Below are positions 26,154 to 38,539 of a DNA stretch of 64,000 nt, one piece after another. Position numbers and translations under genes: made by a program. The notes beneath the pieces were generated by a model. That model saw only the letters and a list, made by a program, of their open reading frames with translations. It was not told where the DNA came from and did not search any database. The stretch covers positions 1-64,000 of the forward strand of contig NIVC01001278.1 in assembly GCA_002269645.1 (NCBI GenBank), written 5' to 3'. The DNA is from Macrostomum lignano. Its lineage: Eukaryota. Numbering within the stretch: position 1 is the stretch's first letter; each line of letters starts with the position of its first letter.

Positions 26154-26922
26154 GGATAGAATGGATTGCTAATCTAGCCAAAATCACTGATGAAGGAATA
26201 GAATGGATTGCTAATCTAGCCAACATCACTGATGAAGGATAGAATGGATTGCTAATCTAGCCAAAATCACTGATGAAGGAATAGAATGGATTGCTAATCT
26301 AGCCAACATCACTGATGAAGGATAGAATGGATTGCTAATCTAGCCAAAATCACTGTTGAAGGAATAGAATGGATTGCTAATCTAGCCAAAATCACTGATG
26401 AAGGAATAGAATGGATTGCTAATCTAGCCAACATCACTGATGAAGGAATAGAATGGATTGCTAATCTAGCCAAAATCACTGATGAAGGAATAGAATGGAT
26501 TGCTAATCTAGCCAACATCATAGTTGAAGGAATAGAATGGATTGCTAATCTAGCCAACATCACTGATGAAGGAATAGAATGGATTGCTAATCTAGCCAAC
26601 ATCATAATTGAATTAATAGAATGGATTGCTAATCTAGCCAACATCATAATTGAATTAATAGAATGGATTGCTAATCTAGCCAACATCATAATTGAATGAA
26701 CAGAATGGATTGCTAATCTAGCCAACATCATAGTTGAATTAATAGAATGGATTGCTAATCTAGCCAACATCATAATTGAATGAACAGAATGGATTGCTAA
26801 TCTAGCCAACATCATAGTTGAAGGAATAGAATGGATTGCTAATCTAGCCAACATCATAATTGAATGAACAGAATGGATTGCTAATCTAGCCAACATCATA
26901 TTGAAAGAATAGAATGGATTGC
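26154..26922. repeat. 42-bp minisatellite family, copy 2 (just after the transportin stop)
   Basis: Same unit as 23668-24785, about 18 units. Confidence 0.95.
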
Positions 26923-27799
26923 ATCAGACCTCCCATTTTGCACAGGACAGCCGTGCACTGCAAGACACCGCAATGAACGCTGCAAGCATCTTTAGCTGAC
27001 TGAATGTGGACTGTACTCCGTGCATGTCCCTCAGTGTTTTTACCAGGCTTTTGGACTGTTGTTAATTTTGATTTTCGCACCCCGTATTAATCCAGATGAA
27101 TATTAATATCTCTAATGTCCTTTGTTCTGTGTAAAATCGCATGCATTCTGCCTGTTATCTGCCCGCTAAATACTACTTATCATTACTACTGTGTGCGTGT
27201 TGTCCCCTCATTATCTCTTTTGCTCCCATTTCGGATGTCCTGTCTCTTGGGAGAATTCGAAATCTGTTTCCCCCTGCGTGGGCGGCTGTTACTAACCCTA
27301 TTTCGTATCTGCACCATATCTCTAGGGCATTTCTACACACTTATGTTAGTAAGAGTATGTACTGCCATTTTATTTTCTCCTTATGTAGGGATCGCTTCAA
27401 TTCTCAGTGCTTTCTAAATATTCTTTTTTACATACTATATGGCCTACTACTGTACAGTACTATAGAATAGGATGTATTCAACTTTTTATCTTTGTAATCC
27501 GCATCAGTTTGCCAGTCTCTTTTTGTATTTGATTTTAGCGTACATGTATGTGCATTGAATACGATATGTGTTAATAATGGTATTTTCTGTATGCTAGCTT
27601 AATTTATGTTTTTTACAGAGACTTTTCTGCCCAGTGTACCGCTTGTACTGTTCACATTCTAAGCTATTGTAGGCCAATCACTGCTCAGTCTGTCCATCCC
27701 AATGTTCTCATTGCCTGCCCCGTACATGTTTGCCACCGTGTGTGTTTGTGTGTGTGCAGCTTCACTCCCGCTGACTCACCGCTGTAGCTGCCCTCAGCT

Positions 27800-28700
27800 A
27801 CCTCTCATACCTTCTCCCCTCTCCATCCTCTCCCCTCCCCATCCTTCTCTCTCCTCCCCATCCTTCTCTCTCCTCACCATCCTTCTCTCCCCTCCCCATC
27901 CTTCTCTCTCCTCCCCATTCTTCTCTCCCCTCACCATCCATATCTCCCCTCACCATCCTTCTCTCCCCTCCCCATCCTTCTCTCCCCTCACCATCCATCT
28001 TTCCCCTCACCATCCTCTCCCCTCACCATCCTTCTCTCTCCTCCCCATCCTTCTCTCCCCTCCCCATCCTTCTCTCTCCTCCCCATCCTTCTCTCCCCTC
28101 ACCATCCTCTCCCCTCCCCATCCATCTTTCCCCTCACCATCCATCTTTCCCCTCACCATCCATCTTTCCCCTCACCATCCATCTTTCCCCTCACCATCCA
28201 TCTTTCCCCTCACCATCCTCTCCCCTCACCATCCTTCCCTCCCCTCCCCATCCTTCTCTTCCCTCCCCATCCATCTCTCCCCTCACCATCATTCTCTCCC
28301 CTCACCATCCTTCTCTCCCCTCCCCATCCTTCTCTCTCCTCCCCATCCTTCTCTCTCCTCACCATCCTTCTCTCCCCTCCCCATCCTTCTCTCTCCTCCC
28401 CATCCTTCTCTCCCCTCACCATCCATATCTCCCCTCACCATCCTTCTCTCCCCTCACCATCCTTCTCTCCCCTCCCCATCCTTCTCTCTCCTCCCCATCC
28501 TTCTCTCCCCTCACCATCCATATCTCCCCTCACCATCCTTCTCTCCCCTCACCATCCTCTCCCCTCCCTCACTCCCCTCTCCCTCTCCCTCTCACCTCTC
28601 CCCTCTCCACCTTCCTCTCCTTTCCCCCTTACTCTCCCCTCCCTCACCCATCCCCTTCCCTTTCCCCCTCCCCCTGCTCTTCCCTCTCCCTCTCGCTCTC
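27800..28700. repeat. 19-bp pyrimidine-rich minisatellite (ccatccttctctcccctca/cc)
   Basis: Period 19 (27841, 27860, 27879); degenerates into a C/T tract. Confidence 0.88.
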
Positions 28701-29112
28701 CCTAGGCACAAGCCGGCAAGTGGAGCCGCGCACTAGAATAGTATTTTTGTAAACCTAACCGCTAATTGATTTGGCTTTTCCCTCTCATCCCGCTAGTTCC
28801 TCGGTTTTAACTATCGTGTTCGCGCATTTTAGTGTGCTTTTCATTTTTATTTTATTCACTTGTTCATTTTAGGAACGCATCTAAGATAGGCTTGTGGCCG
28901 CTAGCAATACAATACTTCCCGAGCTTTAAATACATGCCTCGTACTTCAGAGCCTTGTTATCCAACTTTGCAGCGTATTTTAAATTCAATAGGATTATTTA
29001 TTATTATTGCATCAATCCCAGTGTCCGTAAGTATTAGCATATGATTATTATTGATATACGCATGTTTGTGTATTTCCTATCGTTTGTGTGCTTGTGACAG
29101 TCCAGGAGCTAA

Positions 29113-29450
29113 GCTGGGGTCTGGATAGTGGCGCCACAACTGCGGTCTGGATAGTGGCGCCACAACTGAGGTTTGGATAGTGGCACCACAACTTGGGTCT
29201 GGATAGTGGCGCCACAACTTGGGTCTGGATAGTGGCGCCACAACTGCAATCTGGATAGTGGCGCCACAACTTGGGTCTGGATAGTGGCGCCACAACTGGG
29301 GTCTGGATAGTGGCGCTACAACTGGGGTCTGGATAGTGGCGCTACAACTGGGGTCTGGATAGTGGCGCTACAACTGGGGTCTGGATAGTGGCGCTACAAC
29401 TGGGGTCTGGATAGTGGCGCCACAACTGCGGTCTGGATAGTGGCGCCAAC
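29113..29450. repeat. 26-bp minisatellite (gggtctggatagtggcgccacaactg)
   Basis: Period 26 (29281, 29307). Confidence 0.92.
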
Positions 29451-30455
29451 TTGAAGAGTTGCAAATTGTAGTCACAGACCGCGGCCCCTCGACTGTCACT
29501 GCAAAAATGCTGCGCCTTAGCCGACTCAATGCTACTCGTTTCAGTAGGACTATTTGTATTTTAATCTCTATTATTCCTGTCCGACATAAAAATATATTTT
29601 TCGTTGTAGTGTTTTTTAAGGATTAGTTTAAATAAGAAAGTATTACCTCCCGGGGCCCGTTTAATGTACTTCCTGATTCAAACTTTTAATCGTTTTTTGT
29701 TACAAATGTACAACCAGATTAGCGCAGATGTACATACATCTATCATAGTATACTACTTACAGTAGGACTGTATATGTAACTCAGACACTTTATTTTTTAA
29801 TTTGTGCCCTAGGAAGGGGATAGGTCTTTATTAGCAGATATAATGCATTTTGCCTATTATAGACTAGTTGTATTTACAATTTTGTAGGTAAATTTCTTAC
29901 TTGTGTTTTTTCTGTACTGTAGTGCCAGGCCGTATATACATATGTATATAGATTAGATACATTTCTACGTATCGCCTTTGTACTTTCACTGGTCGGACTA
30001 AGACTTGAAGTTGTAACCAAGCAATTTATAATATTTTATTAATTTAAATCCAATGTCTGTGCGGCAGTGTTAATGCAAAACTAACTTAACTATTGCCATC
30101 GCTGGTTCCCAAAAGTAGCTCTCCGCAGTCTGTCTGAAGTTCTTTGTGTCCTTATTTTCATTTCTTTTCCTAATCTTTGTTGTCAATCTAATTTTCATGA
30201 TTCCTCAATTCTTATTAAATTTATATGAAGCACTCAGATCTTGTTTGTTGTCTGTTGTCCTGGCGTATAAATATTTTTGTTGGCTGATAACTAAAATATA
30301 ATTCTGCTGTTGAAGGCATGCCCGACCTGCATGCGTCTGTCCCGTGTTTCAATCATGATATTCTAATAATTCCTATCAACTTATTCAGACATTTTTTCAT
30401 TCGAATCCAATGTTCCTTCTTCTATTCAAAGCTATCTTTATTGGTTAATTTGGAA

Positions 30456-31652
30456 ACTGACACAACTGAAAACTGACACACAACTGACAACTGAGACACA
30501 ACTGACAACTGAGACACAGCTGACAGCTGAGACACAACTGACAGCTGACACAACTGACAACTGACACAACTGACAACTGAGACACAACTGACAACTGAGA
30601 CACAGCTGACAACTGAAACACAACTGACAGCTGAGACACAACTGACAGCTGAGACACAACTGACAACTGAAACACAACTGACAACTGAGACACAACTGAC
30701 AGCTGAGACACAACTGACAACTGAAACACAACTGACAACTGAGACACAACTGACAGCTGAGACACAACTGACAGCTGAGACACAACTGACAGCTGAGACA
30801 CAACTGACAACTGAGACACAGCTGACAGCTGAGACACAACTGACAACTGACACAACTGACAACTGAGACACAACTGACAGCTGAGACACAACTGACAACT
30901 GAAACACAACTGACAGCTGAGACACAACTGACAACTGAGACACAAATGACAACTGAGACACATCTGACAACTGAGACACATCTGACAACTGACACAACTG
31001 ACAGCTGAGACACATCTGACAACTGAGACACAACTGACAACTGAGACACATCTGACAACTGACACAACTGACAACTGAGACACAGCTGACAACTGACACA
31101 CAACTGACAACTGACACAACTGACAACTGAGACACAACTGACAGCTGAGACACAACTGACAACTGAAACACAACTGACAGCTGAGACACAACTGACAACT
31201 GAGACACAACTGACAACTGAGACACAACTGACAACTGAGACACATCTGACAACTGAGACACAACTGACAACTGAGACACAACTGACAACTGAGACACATC
31301 TGACAACTGAGACACATCTGACAACTGACACAACTGACAACTGAGACACAACTGACAACTGAGACACAACTGACAACTGAGACACATCTGACAACTGACA
31401 CAACTGACAACTGAGACACAACTGACAGCTGAGACACAACTGACAACTGAGACACAACTGAAACAGACACACAACTGACAACTGAGACACAACTGACAAC
31501 TGAGGCACAACTGAAACAGACACACAACTGACAACTGAGACACAACTGACAACTGAGGCACAACTGAAACAGACACACAACAAACTGAGACACAACTGAA
31601 ACAGACACACAACAAACTGAGACACAACTGAAACCGAGACACAACTAAACTG
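30456..31652. repeat. 18-bp minisatellite (acaactgacaactgagac)
   Basis: Period 18, with 16-bp variants. Confidence 0.93.
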
Positions 31653-31746
31653 AGGTAATAATAATAACAATTACAAGACGGTTGCGTGCACCCTGGTGCA
31701 ACCCCTTCGGCGACACCTGTCCCACAATCAGCGCCGAGGCAGTTCG

Positions 31747-32036
31747 GTGAGCACATGCAAGCGCGCCAATACTGCACTCAGACACACGCTCACGGTGAGC
31801 ACATGCAAGCGCTTGCCAATACTGCACTCAGACACACGCTCACGGTGAGCACATGCAAGCGCGCCAATACTGCACTCAGACACACGCTCACGGTGAGCAC
31901 ATGCAAGCGCGCCAATACTGCACTTAGACACACGCTCACGGTGAGCACATGCAAGCGCGCCAATACTGCACTTAGACACACGCTCACGGTGAGCACATGC
32001 AAGCGCGCCAATACTGCACTCAGACACACGCTCACG
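31747..32036. repeat. 48-bp minisatellite (cacgctcacggtgagcacatgcaagcgcgccaatactgcactcagaca)
   Basis: About 6 units; lies inside a candidate Helitron-like element. Confidence 0.92.
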
Positions 32037-32519
32037 ATGATTTGCAGCTTCTAAAATATTTTGTAGTTTTGTATTTTATGAAAACTAAAATCTTAAAGAA
32101 AAAACACTTAACGCCTACTGGTAGTAGGCGATCTAGTACAGGAGTAGTCTGAGTCACATTAAATCTATAGAAAATTTGCTCCGCTGCTTGGCGACGGGCA
32201 TCTCGTCGGTCAACTACCGCCGAGTTTCTTTCAGCCCGAAGATGTCCAAATCTCTGTGAAAATGTCGAACATCTGCGCAGCCAAATGCATGCAGGCAGAC
32301 ACTGCACTACCTTGACTTAGCCAAGTGCGCAAGTGCGACAAGGTGAGGATCTGCGGTTGTATTTTTTTTAAACTTCGTATTGCGATTCTAACAAGTTCAG
32401 GTTAGAGAACAGGTTTGCAATGATCTGGGATAGCGAGGCCCACGGCTGTTCACTGAGTCTCGCAGTGATGCGTGATGCCGCTCGGTGAACTACAGAGTCC
32501 AGCTGTCCTACAGAAGAGG

Positions 32520-32732
32520 GTAGGGCGGAAAAGACAGGATGGGGCTGAGGACAGGAATGGAAAGGACAGGATGGGGCTGAGGACAGGAACGGAAAGGACA
32601 GGATGGGGCTGAGGACAGGAACGGAAAGGACAGGATGGGGCTGAGGACAGGATGGGCTGAGGACAGGATGGGCTGAGGACAGGAACGGAAAGGACAGGAT
32701 GGGGCGGAGGACAGGGGCGGAAAGGACAGGAT
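32520..32732. repeat. 32-bp purine-rich minisatellite (ggacaggaacggaaaggacaggatggggctga)
   Basis: Period 32 (32581, 32613). Confidence 0.85.
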
Positions 32733-33679
32733 GGTTCAGGTGTGCGATAACCAAAGCAGTTTGGGTGGCATTGTGAGGCAAACCCGTGAGAGAATTCCTC
32801 AAAAGAAAAATAGCCGATTTTTATTGAGTATGAAATTCTAAAAAAAAGTTGCTGTCGCCAAAATTTGTCGCAGTTCCCTAACCCGTGCCCGACAGACAGA
32901 ATTAGCGAGTGGAATTGGCCTATTGTTTTCATTTGATTAAACTTGAACGCAGTGTCAATACGGCTCTCCCACTGGTGAGCACGCAGTGATGGCGGGGAGG
33001 TGTGAATCGGGGGGCACCGTGAGCCTGCAACAAAGTTTCTGAAACAATGTCAACAGATTTCCCTACCGGCTGGGATTTTGTTTGACGAGGAGCTGTCGAT
33101 ATTCCCACCATCGAAATTTGCCGCGGCTTGTTGGTGGGAGCTAAAAATATCCCCATATTTTATGATGAAGCTTCATCAAAGCGGTGTGGAGAGTCTGTGG
33201 GACAGCGGCCACCTTGGACACACAATCAATCAATCTGGGCAAGTTTTGAGAAACTTTCACAGCGATTTTCTCAGCATTGTCTGCTCAGCCACCCTCCGAT
33301 GTTTCGATTCTCTCTGCAAGACTCAAGTCTCAATTAATTTACTCGTAATTTTCATTGTTTCCTGCACACCTCCAGCTATCATGCTAACTGGAGTGGTTGC
33401 TAACCACGTGATACTGTGAATTTCTCGGAATATCATAGGGACACCATCACCGTCTTCGCCTCACTCACTGCTCATCACTCGCCGCTCGTACGGCTCGCAT
33501 ATGGAGGAGCCCGAATACCCAAGAACTCTGTTTGCATGCCGCCACTGGCTTAGAGATCTGCAATGAGCTGGATGTTTGCACAGACAGTTGGAGGGCGCGC
33601 CCGTGACAGGAGCCCCACCGCACACCTTTTCATTGTCAGTTTAATATAGTAGCCAACAGCAGGTTGATGACTGACACGG

Positions 33680-34097
<418 letters not shown>

Positions 34098-34661
34098 TCA
34101 GGCAAGTTTTGAAAGCTACGGCTCTGAACCTTTTCTTGAGCAATCATGGGAGCTCATCAAAACTCTGTCAAGGTAATCCAAAAATTTCAATCAAACGCAA
34201 TCATATTGAATTGGATTCGGGCTATTTAAGGTGTGATATAATTGGGATTTGAGCTGACAGAATTGTTGAGTCAAAACTGACCCAAACACTGGGCGCGGTG
34301 ATGCAAGCCAATTCCGCAGGCCAATAGAGTCCAAGGCGCTTCTCACTAACAGTTGGGTTCGGGAGTTGACAGAAGGGACTTCTAAGGATTGAGCACATGG
34401 TCCTGAAGACCTGTTCTCATTTTATACACTGAGCAATCTTTGTTTGTCTTTGTCGGAATTGAAATTCGCCCCCCCCCAACTCAGCCGCTCAAGGTGGACT
34501 TGGTCTGCTTGGAGTCTCGTGTTTGTCTGTGCTCAAAAGGCTCGGGTCAAGAGCTGCCACCCCCTGCGGCCCTCCGCCTCATGGCAGCCCCATCGACTGC
34601 CGGCTTGGACACTTCAGTAGCCGCTTCTGTTTGCTGAGGGCCTGAATTATTCATTCACGGA

Positions 34662-35190
34662 TTGCTGGCTGCGCACACTGTCCACCCATCTACCTGTCTA
34701 CCCATCTACCTGTCTACCCATCTACCTGTCTACCCATCTACCTGTCTACTCATCTACCTGTCTACTCATCTACCTGTCTACTCATCTACCTGTCTACTCA
34801 TCTACCTGTCTACTCATCTACCTGTCTACCCATCTACCTATCTACCCATCTACCTATCTACCCATCTACCTATCTACCTGTCTACTCATCTACCTGTCTA
34901 CTCATCTACCTGTCTACCCATCTACCTATCTACCCATCTACCTGTCTACCCATCTACCTGTCTACTCATCTACCTGTCTACTCATCTACCTGTCTACTCA
35001 TCTACCTGTCTACCCATCTACCTATCTACCTATCTACCCATCTACCTATCTACCTGTCTACTTACCTATCTACCTATCTACCTATCTGCCTATCTATCTA
35101 CCTTTCTACCTACTACCTATCTACCTAGCTACGTATCTATCTACCTTTCTATCTACCTATCTACCTACCTATCTACTTATCTACCTATCT
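34662..35190. repeat. 16-bp minisatellite (ctcatctacctgtcta)
   Basis: Period 16, grading into ATCT/ACCT microsatellite. Confidence 0.88.
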
Positions 35191-36644
35191 GTTTATATTA
35201 CCCTTTAATAATTCTAACAGTCTGCGTTCTCGGGATGACTGATTGACAGGCCCCCTGTCCGCAAGGCCGGCCGCCCCATCCCCAGTCTCCCTCTCCCAAG
35301 CACTTCCATCAGGCGTGAAGTCTCTCTTTCAGCGAAATTTTCATTTCAAACAAATTCCACAGAAGGAATTCAAAACTGCAGCAGCAGACACCAAAAGTGT
35401 TTTTTCCTTATTCGATGAAACACGGCAAAGGGCAATAAAATGTTTGAAAGATTTTATTATATCGACCCAAGCCCGGCGCAGAAAATATTAATCCGCCGCA
35501 GCTTAAACTGTTGGATAATAAAACTGCGATTTCAAGCTTGCAGTTTCTTCACTGAGCGAAATCTGCCGGCTGGCAGTCCGGAACGGTTTGTTTTCCCTCA
35601 CACTGGGCACTCACCCAGTCTCAGCCCACTTACACCCCTCCAGCTCCATCACTTCGCGCCCTCTCCTCTCTCTCTCTTCGATTTTCTTCAATTTCTGGGC
35701 AGTTCCTGCCGCCCCAATGTTTTCAGTGAAAATAAGTTCCGATCCAGTTAATTGGGGATTCACTGGGCCTCACTTAATCCTCCCCTATTGCTGCTGACTG
35801 CCTTTGGCTTCGCCCGGATTTGGTTGCTGGGAGGAGAGCCCTTTTTCGCACCTTTTTCTTTCCTCCCCCCCCGCCCAGAGCTGCCTCGTGGTCAGAAGAT
35901 TTTCCCTTCGACTTATTTCTGATGAAGCGAAGAGGCTGCGAGAATTGGCGGCATTAATTACAGCTGCAAAAGGGGCAGGCAGGCGATTTTTTAATTTTGT
36001 TTACAAAAAATCTTTTTTCGTTAACGCACGAGGCCAGGGCAGGGCAGCGAGGAGAGACACGCGCAACACGTGCTCCGCGCTGTTAACCCCGCCTGTCTGC
36101 CTGCCTGCCTGTCCGTCCGTCTGTCTGTCCGTGTCTCTAGGATGGCAATTTGCAAAGACGCGAGAGGATCATCTGTTGTGCAGCAACCTGACCCCTTCAA
36201 TGCTTTGCTCGTGTCTTTTAGCCGAAATGCGTGCCCGAAGTCTCGATGAAAGTGGATGGGTTGGGGGCAGCTGAAGTCTGCTGGGGCATTTGCGAATGCC
36301 GCCCCAGCTGTTTGCTGGGACTCCGCGGGGAGCCTTCGAGCCGGGCAGTTGTCATGGGACCCGCGACCGTTCCGTCCCTCCTGTCTCCTGAAGCTTTCCC
36401 ATGATATTCAAGGCTGCGGAATCCGACTGCTAAGAGTGGAGGGCGCTCTCAGGTGTCTTGACCGCAGGCTGGGGGGGGGGGGCAAGTGTCAGTCAGTCAG
36501 TCAGTCAGTTGGCGATTGCGTTTCTCTCATCAGGAGGAAAAAATTCTCCTATGACAATTTTTCCTAGTTGCTATGACTCATTTACCCTTGTAGAAGTTTT
36601 ATGCTCGAAGTTAGAAGGTCACCGTCTATCATGGTGGGTTCTGT

Positions 36645-37858
36645 GGTGTCAGATGCTGGCAGGTGAGTGTCAGATGCTGGCAGGTGAGTGTCAGATGCTG
36701 GCAGTTGAGTGTCAGATGCTGGCAGTTGAGTGTCAGATGCTGGCAGTTGAGTGTCAGATGCTGGCAGTTGAGTGTCAGATGCTGGCAGGTGAGTGTCAGA
36801 TGCTGGCAGGTGAGTGTCAGATGCTGGCGGGTGAGTGTCAGATGCTGGCAGTTGAGTGTCAGATGCTGGCAGGTGAGTGTCAGATGCTGGCAGGTGAGTG
36901 TCAGATGCTGGCAGTTGAGTGTCAGATGCTGGCAGTTGAGTGTCAGATGCTGGCAGGTGAGTGTCAGATGCTGGCAGGTGAGTGTCAGATGCTTTTGAAT
37001 GAGTATCAGATGCTAGCAGGAGAGTGTCAGGTGCTGGCAGGTGAGTGTCAGATGCTGGCAGGTGAGTGTCAGATGCTGGCAGGTGAGTGTCAGATGCTAG
37101 CAGGTGAGTGTCAGATGCTGGCAGTTGAGTGTCAGATGCTGGCAGGTGAGTGTCAGATGCTGGCAGGTGAGTGTCAGATGCTGGCAGTTGAGTGTCAGAT
37201 GCTGGCAGGTGAGTGTCAGATGCTGGCAGGTGAGTGTCAGATGCTAGCAGGTGAGTGTCAGATGCTGGCAGGTGAGTGTCAGATGCTGGCAGGTGAGTGT
37301 CAGATGCTGGCAGGTGAGTGTCAGATGCTTTTGAATGAGTATCAGATGCTAGCAGGAGAGTGTCAGGTGCTGGCAGGTGAGTGTCAGATGCTGGCAGGTG
37401 AGTGTCAGATGCTGGCAGGTGAGTGTCAGATGCTAGCAGGTGAGTGTCAGATGCTGGCAGTTGAGTGTCAGATGCTGGCAGGTGAGTGTCAGATGCTGGC
37501 AGGTGAGTGTCAGATGCTGGCAGGTGAGTGTCAGATGCTTTTGAATGAGTGTCAGATGCTGGCAGGTGAGTGTCAGATGCTGGCAGGTGAGTGTCAGATG
37601 CTTTTGAATGAGTGTCAGATGCTTTTGAATGAGTATCAGATGCTAGCAGGTGAGTGTCAGATGCTGGCATGTGAGTGTCAGGTGCTGGCAGGTGAGTGTC
37701 AGATGCTGGCAGGTGAGTGTCAGATGCTGGCAGGTGAGTGTCAGGTGCTGGCAGGTGAGTGTCAGATGCTGGCAGGTGAGTGTCAGATGCTGGCAGGTGA
37801 GTGTCAGATGCTGACAGGTGAGTGTCAGATGCTGGCAGGTGAATGTCAGAGAATTAGC
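36645..37858. repeat. 21-bp minisatellite (gtcagatgctggcaggtgagt)
   Basis: Period 21, about 57 units. Confidence 0.95.
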
Positions 37859-38539
37859 AGCTGACATCCGGACCGCAACCAAAGCTGAATGAGGGACACT
37901 CGAGACAGCTGGCTAAGATGCCGGCCACCGAGTGGGACCCAAGGCCCGTGCGCAGCAATGCCCTCCAAGAGGTTCGTGGGAAGATTCAGCCGGCCAAAAG
38001 GAGAACTTCGGCATTCACCCAGACCTTTCATAAGCGTCTAGATTTGACTGACAGATCCAGAATGGAATTCGCAGGTCCTGTCTGGGGGGGGGGGGGGGCT
38101 GAGAGTGTGGGGGCATTGGGGACACCCACGCACCCAAGCAGCGGAATTCTCCTGTTCTGTCAGAATGGAATGCAGGGCGCTGGGATTTCAATTTCACAAT
38201 AATACTCTGCAAAGCCTTCCACAATGGGTCTTTGTATAGAGGAGGAGGTTATAGTGAAGTCTTTATTCAGAGATATCATCTGCGATGCATTCCATTGTCT
38301 AATTAGCTGTGTAGACAGGGTTGCCGAAGCTTCACCATTTCCTGTGTCGAGACAACTGCACCCGTGCGCGCCTTTGAACTTTGAACTTCCCTGCGCCCCA
38401 ATCAGTGTTGCAATAAGTGGCTAATAATGAGCGCCCATCAATCAATGCATTGTTTTTTGTAATTGGATTCGTTGTGAATTTTTGTTCACGTCAAAAAAGG
38501 GCACATTGATCTTCATTGTGTGTGATAGTTTCTGAGTAA

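Noticed and set aside
29113-29450. CRISPR-like appearance of the 25-33 bp repeat arrays
   Set aside because: Units are head-to-tail with no unique spacers, there are no cas genes, and the context is eukaryotic.
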